Source: an uncultured Rhodospirillaceae bacterium (lineage in GTDB: Bacteria > Pseudomonadota > Alphaproteobacteria > Rhodospirillales > UBA2165). Taken from it: a stretch of DNA of 64,000 nt. The stretch covers positions 25,806-89,805 of the forward strand of contig CAZXSC010000002.1 in assembly GCA_964643045.1 (NCBI GenBank), given 5' to 3'. Of this stretch, positions 29,610 to 40,546 are shown piece by piece (position 1 is the first letter of the stretch; each line of letters begins with the position of its first letter). A model generated the notes under the pieces. It did no database searches. It saw nothing but the letters and a program-made list of their open reading frames with translations, and was not told where the DNA came from. The translations under genes were made by a program, and so were the position numbers.

Positions 29610-30581
29610 CTAAATATCAAGAACGAGTTTTTCGCCTGGCATTGCACGAGATACACAAACCTGTAGAAAATTCTTACGATCGTCTTCATCGAGAAACTCA
29701 TCTCTATGATCAACTTTTCCTGATATTAGCCCAACCTTGCAATTTCCACACCACCCATCTTCACAGGCATACATGACATCAACGTTATTTTCCCATAGAA
29801 GCTCAAGAATTGATTTGTCAGCTGGAACGGTAAACAAAATACCGCTTTTCGTTAATTCTACTTCAAAGGGCTGATTCCCATCTGCAGAATCAGAAGTATC
29901 TTCTTCTGGTTTAACACTCGCAAAAAGTTCATAGTGAACGGTTCCATTTTGCCAATGCGATGCCGCTTCACGAGCGGCATTTATTAATCCACCTGGGCCA
30001 CAGATATAAAGGTGTTGACCCTTCTCTTGAGCTCCAAGAACAGCATTCAGCTTGATCCCATTAGCCGGATTTCCGCCATCATGGTGAAAGGTCACCCCGT
30101 CTTTGCCAAAAATGTCGGATAATTCATCATAAAATGCTGTTTCAGCCTTGGATTTAGTGCAGTAATGCAGATGAAAGTCTGCCCCTAATTCTCTTAAGCG
30201 ATAACCCATCGATCGAAGAGGTGTGATGCCAATCCCTCCCCCAATAAGAAGATGCTTATTTGCTCCCTCATCTAAGGGGAAGTGGTTGATTGGTTTTTCC
30301 GCAATAAAAAGTTCATCACCAATAGAAACTTCGTCGTGCATATATTTCGATCCACCTTCTCCCTCTGCTTCACGCAAAATAGCTGTTTCATACTTGTCAG
30401 TATCACCTGGATTATTTGTTAACGAATAAGAGCGACGCATATGCTCACCGATCTCAAAATCAATGTGAGATCCAGCCTCCCAAGAGGGAAGAGATCCTCC
30501 ATCGGCTGCCTGTAATTCGAATATTTTGATATTTTCCGTAAGCTGCTGGATATCCGTTACTTTGAGCTTTATTTGGGACAT
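29610..30581 (-). CDS. PDR/VanB-type oxidoreductase (FMN, NAD(P)H and plant-type [2Fe-2S] domains)
   Basis: 323 aa. RSYSL flavin motif, GGGIGITP, and C-terminal CEDGWCGNCKV...C cluster. Confidence 0.85.
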   Translation of the reverse strand: MSQIKLKVTDIQQLTENIKIFELQAADGGSLPSWEAGSHIDFEIGEHMRRSYSLTNNPGDTDKYETAILREAEGEGGSKYMHDEVSIGDELFIAEKPINHFPLDEGANKHLLIGGGIGITPLRSMGYRLRELGADFHLHYCTKSKAETAFYDELSDIFGKDGVTFHHDGGNPANGIKLNAVLGAQEKGQHLYICGPGGLINAAREAASHWQNGTVHYELFASVKPEEDTSDSADGNQPFEVELTKSGILFTVPADKSILELLWENNVDVMYACEDGWCGNCKVGLISGKVDHRDEFLDEDDRKNFLQVCVSRAMPGEKLVLDI

Positions 30582-30740
30582 CGCAAAATCCTCTTTAAAT
30601 CATTTTTTGTTTGCCGGACAGTTTATATATGAAAATAGTTGTCCTTGTCTAACAGGATATATTGTTTTACGTAACGATGTTCATTTTTAATAAAACCTTT
30701 AATTGCCTCCTACTCAAAAGCAAGATTTCTCTATTGCACC

Positions 30741-31919
30741 ATGAATAATTTTCATTTTGATAAAAATAGTTTCATGGTTATCGCCCTAACATTTACATCT
30801 TTGTTAGGGTTTCCGGTTATTACCCCTGCTCTGCCAGCGGTCCGAGATGCTTTAAATATATCAACTGAAAATATTGGTTGGATTATGGCTGCTTATTCAG
30901 CTCCAGGCATCATATTCATCCCACTTGCAGGTCTGATTGCCGATAGGTTTGGAAAGAAGAAAGTATTATTTCCTTCATTATTCTTATTTGCCCTAAGTGG
31001 TGGCGCTTGCATGTTTGCCGATAACGAGGCGACATTGTTCTTTCTGCGCTTTCTCCAAGGTATAGGGGCATCTGCACTTGGAACACTTAATGTTTCCATG
31101 GCGGCTGATTGTTTTAGGGCCCAAAAACGCAAAAAAATAATGGGATCTATCGGAGCTATGCAAAATATTGGAGCCGGTCTATTGCCAGTAATCGGCGGCT
31201 CATTAGCGGCGATCATGTGGTTTTATCCTTTTGCAACAGCTTTACTAGCAATCCCGCTCGGAATTTTTATGATCTTCAAAATGGATGAATTCCAGCCGAA
31301 GCAGAGTGAGGCAAATTCTAATACTCGAATGTTTGTCGTCAACGCGTGGGCAAAATTAAATGACAGGGTTGTAATTGAACTCGTTTTTATTACTGGAGGG
31401 TTTATTTTTATTGGTTTTGGCGCATTTATCACATATTTGCCCTTGTTTCTCAGCGACACCTTCAATTCTCCAGCCTTGACAATTGGCATCATAATTGGGT
31501 CGCGGGCTATAATGGGAACGGTAATGGCCTCTCAACTAACCCGTCTGTCAAGTTACCTTTCATACCGAACGCTAATTTTTTTATCATTTTTAGCCTTAAC
31601 CTTAGCCCTATTGATTATCCCATTCGTCGAGAACCAGTGGATGATCATAGTCAGTGCAACCTTTTACGGCATATCTTTTGGTATTTTAAGACCATTAACC
31701 CAATATTTAATGGTCGATTATGCACCGGAAGATCTGCGTTCAACATTCGCATCGGCTATAAATTTTGGCTTACGCGTATCACAAACGATCTCTCCTGTAT
31801 TTGCTGGATTACTATTGGTTTTCAGCTCCTATAACGAATTGTATCTAACAGCTGCTATATTAGCCTTCCTTATGGCATGCTATGCGCTAACCACAGTTTC
31901 GTTACGCACAAATGATTAA
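30741..31919 (+). CDS. MFS transporter
   Basis: 392 aa, about 12 TM segments, [12 protein letters not shown] loop motif. Confidence 0.78.
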   Translation: MNNFHFDKNSFMVIALTFTSLLGFPVITPALPAVRDALNISTENIGWIMAAYSAPGIIFIPLAGLIADRFGKKKVLFPSLFLFALSGGACMFADNEATLFFLRFLQGIGASALGTLNVSMAADCFRAQKRKKIMGSIGAMQNIGAGLLPVIGGSLAAIMWFYPFATALLAIPLGIFMIFKMDEFQPKQSEANSNTRMFVVNAWAKLNDRVVIELVFITGGFIFIGFGAFITYLPLFLSDTFNSPALTIGIIIGSRAIMGTVMASQLTRLSSYLSYRTLIFLSFLALTLALLIIPFVENQWMIIVSATFYGISFGILRPLTQYLMVDYAPEDLRSTFASAINFGLRVSQTISPVFAGLLLVFSSYNELYLTAAILAFLMACYALTTVSLRTND

Positions 31920-32009
31920 ATAAGCCTGAAAACAAAACATGGATCTATAATGGAATAGACTGAAAATCGATGCTCGCTTTTTATGATTTGACAGTCCATA
32001 AAAGAAATT

Positions 32010-34856
32010 ATGCCAGATATAATTATTCGCGGTGCCCGCGAACACAATCTAAAGAATATCGACGTTAAAATACCAAGAAAATCACTGACAGTCATTACTG
32101 GCCTGTCTGGTTCAGGAAAATCGTCATTAGCCTTTGATACTATATACGCCGAAGGGCAAAGACGGTATGTGGAAAGCCTTTCCGCTTATGCGCGGCAATT
32201 TTTAGAATTGATGCAGAAACCGGATGTAGATTCTATAGAGGGCCTTTCACCCGCGATTTCCATAGAACAGAAAACCACCAGTCGCAATCCCCGCTCCACT
32301 GTTGGCACAGTTACCGAGATATATGACTACATGCGCTTAATGTACTCACGCATTGGTGTTCCTTTCTCACCGGCTACAGGTTTGCCCATTGAAGCCCAAA
32401 CCATTTCACAAATGGTTGACCGTGTTATGGAACTAAAGGAAGGAACAAAAATATTCTTGCTCGCTCCAATTGTACGCGGTCGAAAAGGCGAATATCGGAA
32501 AGAATTAAAAGATCTTTCTAGCAAAGGCTTTCAGCGAGTTAAAATTGATGGCAACCATTACGAGATCGAAAATGTTCCCGCGCTAAAGAAAAATTTTAAA
32601 CATAATATTGAGGTCGTCGTGGATCGATTAGTTGTGCGTGACGGCATTTACCAACGCCTCGCGGACAGTTTTGAAGCAGCATTAGAACTCGCCGACGGCA
32701 TAGCATTGACCGAAGATGCAGAAAATGGAGACCGTGTAACATTTTCTGCTAAATTCGCGTGTCCCGTATCTGGTTTTACTATTGATGAAATAGAACCAAG
32801 GCTATTTTCATTTAATAATCCCTATGGAGCTTGTCCAACGTGCGATGGCTTAGGTACACAGATGTATTTTGATCCCGAATTAATTATCCCTGATGATCGC
32901 TTATCATTAATGGAAAATGCTATAGTACCCTGGGCCGGCTCAAGCTCGCAATATTACCATCAAACGCTAGAGAGTATAGCGAAATTTTGCAACTTTGATT
33001 TAAACATACCTTGGGCAAAGCTTAAGAAAAAAGAACGAGATTTTATCCTCTACGGATCAGGCCAGAAACAAATTCCGCTAAATTATGATGACGGCAAACA
33101 AACTTATCAACTGGTGAAACCATTTGAAGGTGTTATCCCAAATATGGAACGAAAGTGGCGGGAAACAGATTCCTCTTGGATTCGCGACGATTTAGCCAAG
33201 TTCCAAACTACTGCAACATGTAACATTTGTGAGGGTTATAGACTCAAACCTGAAGCTCTTGCAGTTAAAGTAAATGGTAAACATATAAGTGAAATTACGC
33301 GTCTCTCGATTCATGAAGCTGAAATTTGGTTTTCAAGACTACAAAAAGCACTAACAAAAAAACAAAACGAGATTGCGCGCCGTATTCTGCGTGAAATTAA
33401 TGAACGTTTGGGGTTTTTGAACAATGTAGGGCTTGAATATTTAACGCTTGCCCGATCATCTCGAACATTGTCCGGTGGAGAAAGTCAACGTATTCGACTA
33501 GCCTCACAAATTGGGTCAGGTCTAACCGGTGTACTGTATGTGTTAGATGAACCGTCGATCGGGTTACATCAACGTGATAACAATCGTCTACTTAAAACCC
33601 TCAAACATTTACGCAATCTTGGTAACACAGTAATCGTTGTTGAGCATGACGAAGAATCTATATTGGCAGCCGATTATGTAATCGATATTGGCGCTGGCGC
33701 TGGAATTCATGGAGGTAATGTTATCGCCGCGGGCACACCAAATTCTGTAATGAAAACAAAAAATAGTTTGACCGGCCAGTATCTTGCCGGCACGCGTCAC
33801 ATTGAGATTCCCAAGAAACGCCGAACCGGCCATAATGGCCAATCCGTTACTATTCATGATGCAGAAGAAAATAATCTTCAAAATATCACTGTGGAATTTC
33901 CATTGGGCACATTCACATGTATAACCGGGGTTTCTGGCGGTGGCAAATCATCCTTAGTAATAGAAACTTTATACAAAGCTCTAGCACGCCGTTTAAATGG
34001 AACCAGAGTTCATCCCGGCAAACATCGCGAATTATCTGGCTCCGAGTTTTTGGACAAGGTTGTAGACATAAATCAATCTCCAATTGGCCGTACACCACGT
34101 TCAAATCCTGCAACCTATACAGGCGCATTTACACATATCAGAGATTGGTTTGCTGGTCTGCCAGAGGCAAAAGCACGGGGTTACAAGCCCGGAAGATTTT
34201 CATTCAACGTCAAAGGTGGCAGATGCGAAGCCTGCCAGGGTGATGGTGTAATAAAAATTGAAATGCATTTTTTACCAGATGTCTACGTGCGGTGTGATGT
34301 ATGCCAAGGTAAACGGTATAACCGAGAAACTATGGAGATCTGTTTTCGAGGAAAATCAATCGCGGATATATTAGATATGACTGTAGAAGAAGGATTGGAC
34401 TTTTTCAAAGCTGTACCACCTATACGGGACAAAATGCAGACTTTGTCGCAAGTCGGCCTTGGATACATTCACATAGGCCAACAAGCGACCACCTTATCGG
34501 GCGGAGAGGCACAGCGTGTCAAATTGGCCAAAGAACTGTCCCGGCGCGCCACTGGAAGAACTTTGTATATTTTGGATGAACCAACTACAGGACTACACTT
34601 CGAGGACGTTAAAAAGCTTATAGAAGTCCTGCAAACTCTGGTAAATACAGGAAACACAATCATCGTTATTGAACACAATCTTGAAGTCATCAAAACGGCC
34701 GATTGGCTGATAGACTTGGGACCCGAGGGCGGCGATAAGGGTGGAAAAATAGTTGCAACAGGAACACCAGAAACAGTCTCCCGGATAAAAAAAAGTTATA
34801 CAGGCAATTACCTGGTTTCGCATTTAAATTTGCCAAATAAAAAGACCCGGGGTTGA
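32010..34856 (+). CDS. uvrA: Excinuclease ABC subunit A
   Basis: 948 aa. Two Walker A sites ([18 protein letters not shown]), zinc modules ([16 protein letters not shown]) and LSGGE signatures. Confidence 0.98.
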   Translation: MPDIIIRGAREHNLKNIDVKIPRKSLTVITGLSGSGKSSLAFDTIYAEGQRRYVESLSAYARQFLELMQKPDVDSIEGLSPAISIEQKTTSRNPRSTVGTVTEIYDYMRLMYSRIGVPFSPATGLPIEAQTISQMVDRVMELKEGTKIFLLAPIVRGRKGEYRKELKDLSSKGFQRVKIDGNHYEIENVPALKKNFKHNIEVVVDRLVVRDGIYQRLADSFEAALELADGIALTEDAENGDRVTFSAKFACPVSGFTIDEIEPRLFSFNNPYGACPTCDGLGTQMYFDPELIIPDDRLSLMENAIVPWAGSSSQYYHQTLESIAKFCNFDLNIPWAKLKKKERDFILYGSGQKQIPLNYDDGKQTYQLVKPFEGVIPNMERKWRETDSSWIRDDLAKFQTTATCNICEGYRLKPEALAVKVNGKHISEITRLSIHEAEIWFSRLQKALTKKQNEIARRILREINERLGFLNNVGLEYLTLARSSRTLSGGESQRIRLASQIGSGLTGVLYVLDEPSIGLHQRDNNRLLKTLKHLRNLGNTVIVVEHDEESILAADYVIDIGAGAGIHGGNVIAAGTPNSVMKTKNSLTGQYLAGTRHIEIPKKRRTGHNGQSVTIHDAEENNLQNITVEFPLGTFTCITGVSGGGKSSLVIETLYKALARRLNGTRVHPGKHRELSGSEFLDKVVDINQSPIGRTPRSNPATYTGAFTHIRDWFAGLPEAKARGYKPGRFSFNVKGGRCEACQGDGVIKIEMHFLPDVYVRCDVCQGKRYNRETMEICFRGKSIADILDMTVEEGLDFFKAVPPIRDKMQTLSQVGLGYIHIGQQATTLSGGEAQRVKLAKELSRRATGRTLYILDEPTTGLHFEDVKKLIEVLQTLVNTGNTIIVIEHNLEVIKTADWLIDLGPEGGDKGGKIVATGTPETVSRIKKSYTGNYLVSHLNLPNKKTRG

Positions 34857-34932
34857 TGAACCTTTCCTACCCAAAAACCCCCACTTAAAACAAGCTAGGA
34901 AACTCATATTTATTGACCTTTAGGGCGCCTTA

Positions 34933-36318
34933 ATGGATATAATAGAACAAAGTACAAAAAGACCCATCCATGTAATAGGCGGAGGACTTGCTGGTTGTGA
35001 AGCAGCCTGGCAAATCGCGCGCTATGGTATCTCAGTAAATTTGTATGAAATGCGTCCATTTCGAACTACAAATGCTCACATAACAGATGGATTGGCCGAA
35101 TTAGTTTGTTCAAACTCTTTTCGTTCTGACGATGCAAATTACAACGCTGTTGGATTACTTCACGAAGAGATGCGGCTTTTGGATTCCTTAATCATGAAAA
35201 GCGCCGACAAAAATAGCTTACCTGCAGGAGGGGCTCTTGCAGTGGACCGCAACGCATTTAGTCTAACAGTGCAACAAGCTATCGAATCTGAGCCTCTCAT
35301 TACTTTAGTGCGTAAGGAGATTATAGTGATTGATTTTGAAGAAAATGATAGTGTGATCATAGCAACTGGGCCGCTCACTTCTCCTTCTCTTAGTCAACAA
35401 ATCATCAATATAACTGGGAGCAACAATTTGGCCTTTTTTGATGCCATAGCACCTATTGTATATAAAGACAGTATTGATTTTAAGAAAGCATGGTTTCAAT
35501 CACGTTACGATAAAGGCCAAAATGCAGATTACATAAACTGCCCGATGAGCCAGAAACAGTACCAAGCATTTGTTAGCGATTTGATCAAGAGCGACAAAAG
35601 AGATTTCCATGAATGGGAAAAAAATACCCCTTATTTCGAAGGTTGTCTTCCAATAGAAGTCATGGCCGAAAGAGGTCAGAAAACCCTGGCATTTGGTCCG
35701 TTAAAACCCGTTGGCTTAACCAACCCCCATAATCCCCCCGATAAACCAGCAGCAGTTGTTCAATTGCGCCAAGATAATAAAATTGGCTCGATTTACAATA
35801 TGGTTGGTTTTCAAACGAAACTAACTCATGGCGAGCAAAAGCGAGTATTCAGAAAAATTCCTGGGTTACAAAATGCAGAATTTGCGAGGTTTGGGGGACT
35901 GCACCGTAACACTTTCATCAACGGACCAAAACTGCTGGACAAAACCCTCGCGCTAAAATCTAGGCCAATGTTGCGTTTCGCCGGACAAATCACAGGATGC
36001 GAAGGTTACGTCGAAAGTGCAAGCATGGGATTACTCGCCGGGCGATTCGCAGCTTTTAAATGCTTTGGGCGGGACATATCGTTCCCACCAGCGGAGACAG
36101 CCATCGGATCTTTACTAAGACATGTGACCGAAGGAGACAACGCTTCAACATACCAACCGATGAATATAAACTACGGATTGTTTCCAAATATAGAAGAATC
36201 CAAAATTAACAAAAAAGGAAAACAAATCAATAGATTAAAGGGAAAAGAACGTAAATATGCACTCTCGCAGCGAAGTAGAAAACAAATGGCAACATGGCTC
36301 TCAGCTATGAACCGATAA
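34933..36318 (+). CDS. trmFO: Methylenetetrahydrofolate--tRNA-(uracil54-C5)-methyltransferase
   Basis: [42 protein letters not shown]. 461 aa. Confidence 0.94.
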   Translation: MDIIEQSTKRPIHVIGGGLAGCEAAWQIARYGISVNLYEMRPFRTTNAHITDGLAELVCSNSFRSDDANYNAVGLLHEEMRLLDSLIMKSADKNSLPAGGALAVDRNAFSLTVQQAIESEPLITLVRKEIIVIDFEENDSVIIATGPLTSPSLSQQIINITGSNNLAFFDAIAPIVYKDSIDFKKAWFQSRYDKGQNADYINCPMSQKQYQAFVSDLIKSDKRDFHEWEKNTPYFEGCLPIEVMAERGQKTLAFGPLKPVGLTNPHNPPDKPAAVVQLRQDNKIGSIYNMVGFQTKLTHGEQKRVFRKIPGLQNAEFARFGGLHRNTFINGPKLLDKTLALKSRPMLRFAGQITGCEGYVESASMGLLAGRFAAFKCFGRDISFPPAETAIGSLLRHVTEGDNASTYQPMNINYGLFPNIEESKINKKGKQINRLKGKERKYALSQRSRKQMATWLSAMNR

Positions 36319-36469
36319 AGGTTTATCCTTAATCGTATTGCAATTTTTTGAGGGTTTTGTTCCAACAAAAATAGACACTTGCGCAGAATGACGGCAATAT
36401 ATCGGTTATAGAGTTAACTCAACAAACTGGCAGGCTCAAATCAAGTAATTTCTTGGCAGGAGTGAGTTT

Positions 36470-38758
36470 GTGTTTCTGTTTAAATTTAATTTAGCATTAG
36501 GCATTTGTAAATTGCTCAACCCAATTACTCTGCTAAGGCTACAGTATGTTTCATTTATCGCCCTGATTACTTGCCTAACCTATTTTGAATCAAACATCTG
36601 GTCCACACGTTTACTATCAGCTCAAGAAATTAACGTCCGCAGTTCACTAACTCATTTGTTATTTAGAGCGATCAAATCCAATGACATAAATGGAGTGCGT
36701 ACAGCCATTGAAGCGGGAGCTGATCTTTCAAGAATTAATTTAGATGGTCACACCGCTATCGATGTTGCTATCCAGTACAATTATTTCGAGATAGCTGAAT
36801 ATCTAGTCTTCGCGCGTCGTGTTGAACAAAAATCAACGCTCAAACTAATTCTTCCCATCAGCTCTATACGACAGGATTCCGCCGAAGCTGCACCAACCGT
36901 AAATTTTTCTCATTCCAAAAAATTAGCCCGGGTAAAGCAAAAAAATATTCAAACACTGCCTGCTAAAACCATACGAAAAGAATTCGAAGCACCGCAACAA
37001 ACAACTTTAAAGCAAACAAATAAAGCTCAAAACAACTTTTCGATTACCAAGGAAACATTTGTTGAAAAAGCCAAGGGGGCAGTAATCCCACCACAGCCAA
37101 TCTTCATAATTGGGCGGGACGGCAAATTTTCTCCCGCCTCAGCCGAAGATATAGAACGTATTAAAAAAACTGCTAATCTGCATGCCAGTCGATCGTTGTC
37201 AGATATTGAACCCCGCAAACCGTTCTTTATCCCAAAACCACGAAATAAGCCAAGTTTACGTTTATCCGCAACAAATGAAATCCAACTCACCACCCCTCAC
37301 TCAAAGGGCAAACAAGCTAGTGAATCAACCCCCCCAACTTCAGACGCCCCAAAATTAGAGAAATTTGAAACCAAATCACCCAATACAGAAAATAAACCCA
37401 GTTTACAAAAAAAGGTGATAAATGCTCCCCAAAATGACTTTGCTCGGCCAACCCGGCGAATTTCCCCTCAGCTTTTAAAAAAATTGCGCGAAAGCCTCGA
37501 GAAATCAAAAAACCAGAAACAAATTAACAAAAAAATGCGTGAGAAAGATAAAATGATTAATTTGAAAAATTCCGACCTTTCAGCGCCTACGTTGTTACGA
37601 AAACGCCAGTCGACAGCATCGACTGGCCTGACAATTGATCAAAGTAAATTCATTAAAGTAGTTCCTAGAATAGTCAATCAGACAAAGCCAGAACTAAATA
37701 AAGTTAAAGAAAAAAGCACCTTCAGTAAGATGATGGGCCGAATTACAAGTTTATTTGGTATTACAAAAATGACAAAAACAAAAAAAAAGGAAAATGAAAT
37801 AGCAGAATCTAAAGTAGAAATTGTAACTAAAACTAAAAACACACAGCTACCACGAATTGAGCAAAAATACAAAAAATACCACAGACAGATCTCAACCAAT
37901 CCGTCAACAATCATTGCTAAAGATCGCCCTAGTATTACTACCAAAAAAAATACTGAACCTGATATTAAGCAATTTAATAGGCAGATGACGAAAATTCGAG
38001 ATTCGTCACTTAGGCATCCTCAACAAAATAAATCCGATTACCAAAATATAAAAAAGGAAAGAAGTAACATGCCTAAGCTCGATGCAAACAATTTTCTTCC
38101 TCAAAAAAAAGCTCTAACAATACCCCTTACCCGACTTCGGCAACCATTGAAAAACAAACTACTAGCCCTAGGAAATACAATTACAACAGGCCAAGCCAAA
38201 TTACCTCGAGGTATCGCGGAACCCGATCCCTGTATACGGAAACGGCGGGGAAAAATTTCATTCTGTATTGTCCCTGTTGATTGGCCACATACGTTCGAAA
38301 GCATTTTTGCTGTAAATACGTCTCTTTATCAAGGGACACGCGCAATTGCCCGTTATGACGGAGATAAAGCTAGCCACTTTCATGCCCTTTATAGATCAAA
38401 AAACCATGCAAAAATTATAGAGTTCTTTAAAAAACGCTATGGAAATCCCACCGATGTCTGGAAGCGGATAATAGCGCCTTTTGGCAAGCCCCGCAGGGCT
38501 AATCCCACCTTCGTTTGGCGCAGCCATGACCCTAAATTAAACAAGGTAACAATATTAGAAGTGCGTAAATTTGATGATACAAGAACGGTTTTCCCGGATA
38601 CAGAGCACGGCGCCATCCGCCTATACACTGCCGGAGGACCACCGGTCTTTCCCATCATTACGGCGCATGATATTATGTCTATTGATTGGGTCGCTCGGTC
38701 CGACCATCTGGATAGTGCTTCACCAACTCTAGCTAGAACAATCCGCGTTCTGCAATAA
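36470..38758 (+). CDS. Membrane-anchored protein with ankyrin repeats, a long Lys/Gln/Thr/Pro-rich low-complexity region, and an uncharacterised C-terminal domain
   Basis: GTG start with AGGAGTGA upstream. N-terminal hydrophobic segment (YVSFIALITCLTYF). Ankyrin-like LLFRAIKSNDINGVRTAIEAGADLSRINLDGHTAIDVAIQYNYFEIAEYLV. About 400 residues of basic low complexity, then a roughly 170-aa ordered-looking C-terminus. Confidence 0.6.
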   Translation: MFLFKFNLALGICKLLNPITLLRLQYVSFIALITCLTYFESNIWSTRLLSAQEINVRSSLTHLLFRAIKSNDINGVRTAIEAGADLSRINLDGHTAIDVAIQYNYFEIAEYLVFARRVEQKSTLKLILPISSIRQDSAEAAPTVNFSHSKKLARVKQKNIQTLPAKTIRKEFEAPQQTTLKQTNKAQNNFSITKETFVEKAKGAVIPPQPIFIIGRDGKFSPASAEDIERIKKTANLHASRSLSDIEPRKPFFIPKPRNKPSLRLSATNEIQLTTPHSKGKQASESTPPTSDAPKLEKFETKSPNTENKPSLQKKVINAPQNDFARPTRRISPQLLKKLRESLEKSKNQKQINKKMREKDKMINLKNSDLSAPTLLRKRQSTASTGLTIDQSKFIKVVPRIVNQTKPELNKVKEKSTFSKMMGRITSLFGITKMTKTKKKENEIAESKVEIVTKTKNTQLPRIEQKYKKYHRQISTNPSTIIAKDRPSITTKKNTEPDIKQFNRQMTKIRDSSLRHPQQNKSDYQNIKKERSNMPKLDANNFLPQKKALTIPLTRLRQPLKNKLLALGNTITTGQAKLPRGIAEPDPCIRKRRGKISFCIVPVDWPHTFESIFAVNTSLYQGTRAIARYDGDKASHFHALYRSKNHAKIIEFFKKRYGNPTDVWKRIIAPFGKPRRANPTFVWRSHDPKLNKVTILEVRKFDDTRTVFPDTEHGAIRLYTAGGPPVFPIITAHDIMSIDWVARSDHLDSASPTLARTIRVLQ

Positions 38759-38920
38759 AAGATATGCTTAACGGTTGGCAAACAGATCGAGTTTCAATTT
38801 CAAGCGAGGATGGGCTAGAGCCAAGTCGATCTAATCCGTCTCAAATATATGAAGTGGATCAATTATAGGTTTATAACATATAGTATTCCTCAACTGGCAC
38901 CAAGGGCGCAATAAACAGTT

Positions 38921-40189
38921 TTGCAAAGCAATTCAAATAATAATAGTAAAGTTTTCGTAGTCGGTGCCGGCCTAGCGGGCCTATCTACTGCCGTTAACTG
39001 CATACAAAACGGCCATGAAGTTCGAGTTTTCGAAGCGACGAATCACGCTGGTGGTCGATGCAGATCTTTTAAAGACACAGTGCTTAACCGAACCATTAAC
39101 AATGGCAATCACCTAATACTCAACGGTAATATCGGTGTTAAAAAGTATCTTACGGATATCAATGCACTAGATAACTTTACTACTTCGCAAGTAGCTTCCT
39201 TCGAGTTTCTAGACATAAAAACTAATGAAAGGTGGTCATTACAGCCTAGTTCAGGTGCCATACCATGGTGGATGATACAACCCAATAAGCGAATACCCAA
39301 CACCCGGCTCCGGGACTATTTTTCTTTATTAAAATTAATATTCGCCAGGCATGAAGCCTTAGCAGATCTAGTCGATCCTTCTCGCCCTATTTTTGACCGG
39401 TTATGGCAGCCCCTCAGCCAAGCAGTTTTAAATACAAATGCGCACGAGGGGTCTGCTGCATTAATCTGGAAAATGCTTTCCAATACCCTACTAAAAGGAT
39501 CCAATAGTAGCCTTCCCTTACTAACAAAAACTCATCTATCATCCGCATTGATTGAGCCTGCAATAACTTACTTAAAGGCAAATGGCTCCATTCCCGAATA
39601 TGGTATGAGATTACGGTCGTTGAAAATAAATGGTTCAAAAATTAGTGCTATTCAGTTCAATAATCACAATATAACTCTGAATAATGAAGACGCTATAATT
39701 CTAGCCCTGCCGCCAAACGAAATATCAGCTCTGCTGCCAAATATTACCGTACCGACCAAAACAAATGCCATTCTAAATGTACACTATAGGCTCGATGATA
39801 AGCCCCGGCTGCCAAATAACGCGCCGTTCATTGGAATTGTTGGCGGGACTGCACAATGGCTTTTCAAACAGGACGATATTTATTCAGTAACAATCAGCGA
39901 TGCTGGTATCTTAGCAAAAAAATCCAATCAAGAAATCGCGGGAATTGTTTGGCAAGACATTTCCCAAATTCTGGAGGTAGACAAAAGAAATCAACCCATA
40001 TCCCGCGTCATTCGTGAAATGAGAGCGACATTTGCTCAAACGCCCGAGGAAAATAAGAGAAGACCTGATGCGCATACAGTGTGGAAGAACCTATTCCTTG
40101 CTGGCGACTGGACCAATACAGGATTACCGGCAACAATTGAGAGCGCCGTTATTTCTGGTCAAAAAGCTGCAAAAATGCTTAGTAAATAA
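38921..40189 (+). CDS. FAD-dependent amine-oxidase/desaturase-fold oxidoreductase, HpnE (hydroxysqualene dehydroxylase)-like
   Basis: VFVVGAGLAGLSTA...FEATNHAGGRCRSF, and C-terminal LFLAGDWTNTGLPATIESAVISG. TTG start is the only candidate before the dinucleotide fold. Confidence 0.6.
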   Translation: MQSNSNNNSKVFVVGAGLAGLSTAVNCIQNGHEVRVFEATNHAGGRCRSFKDTVLNRTINNGNHLILNGNIGVKKYLTDINALDNFTTSQVASFEFLDIKTNERWSLQPSSGAIPWWMIQPNKRIPNTRLRDYFSLLKLIFARHEALADLVDPSRPIFDRLWQPLSQAVLNTNAHEGSAALIWKMLSNTLLKGSNSSLPLLTKTHLSSALIEPAITYLKANGSIPEYGMRLRSLKINGSKISAIQFNNHNITLNNEDAIILALPPNEISALLPNITVPTKTNAILNVHYRLDDKPRLPNNAPFIGIVGGTAQWLFKQDDIYSVTISDAGILAKKSNQEIAGIVWQDISQILEVDKRNQPISRVIREMRATFAQTPEENKRRPDAHTVWKNLFLAGDWTNTGLPATIESAVISGQKAAKMLSK

Positions 40190-40427
40190 TGCCTCAAAGA
40201 CGCATTAATAATTTATAAAATTATTATGTTACAATGTTAATTTAACTTTCGAGTTTTTGTTATATTGTGATACTGTAATATTAGCTTACTCGGAGATACG
40301 CAGAAAGCGTAGCATTTTAATACTAGAAATAATTGGACGGTATAAAAGTCCACGGGGATCCATTTCCCTATGCAATACGAAAAGCGTGGTACTGTACTAC
40401 AATAATCGAAGGAGATAGATAGAAGTT

Positions 40428-40523
40428 ATGAAAAATCCGCTTGATTCATTAACCGGCACAGTGATCTGTGGTCTTATTTTAACCATCGTTATGGTCGTTC
40501 TAACGAACGCTATAGCAGCCTAA
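40428..40523 (+). CDS. Possible 31-aa hydrophobic mini-protein
   Basis: ATG preceded by GAAGGAGA 11 nt upstream. Hand translation: MKNPLDSLTGTVICGLILTIVMVVLTNAIAA. Below the ORF-track size cut-off, and coding status is unproven. Confidence 0.25.
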   Translation: MKNPLDSLTGTVICGLILTIVMVVLTNAIAA

Positions 40524-40546
40524 GCTAGCGGGAAGGACCCTTTATT

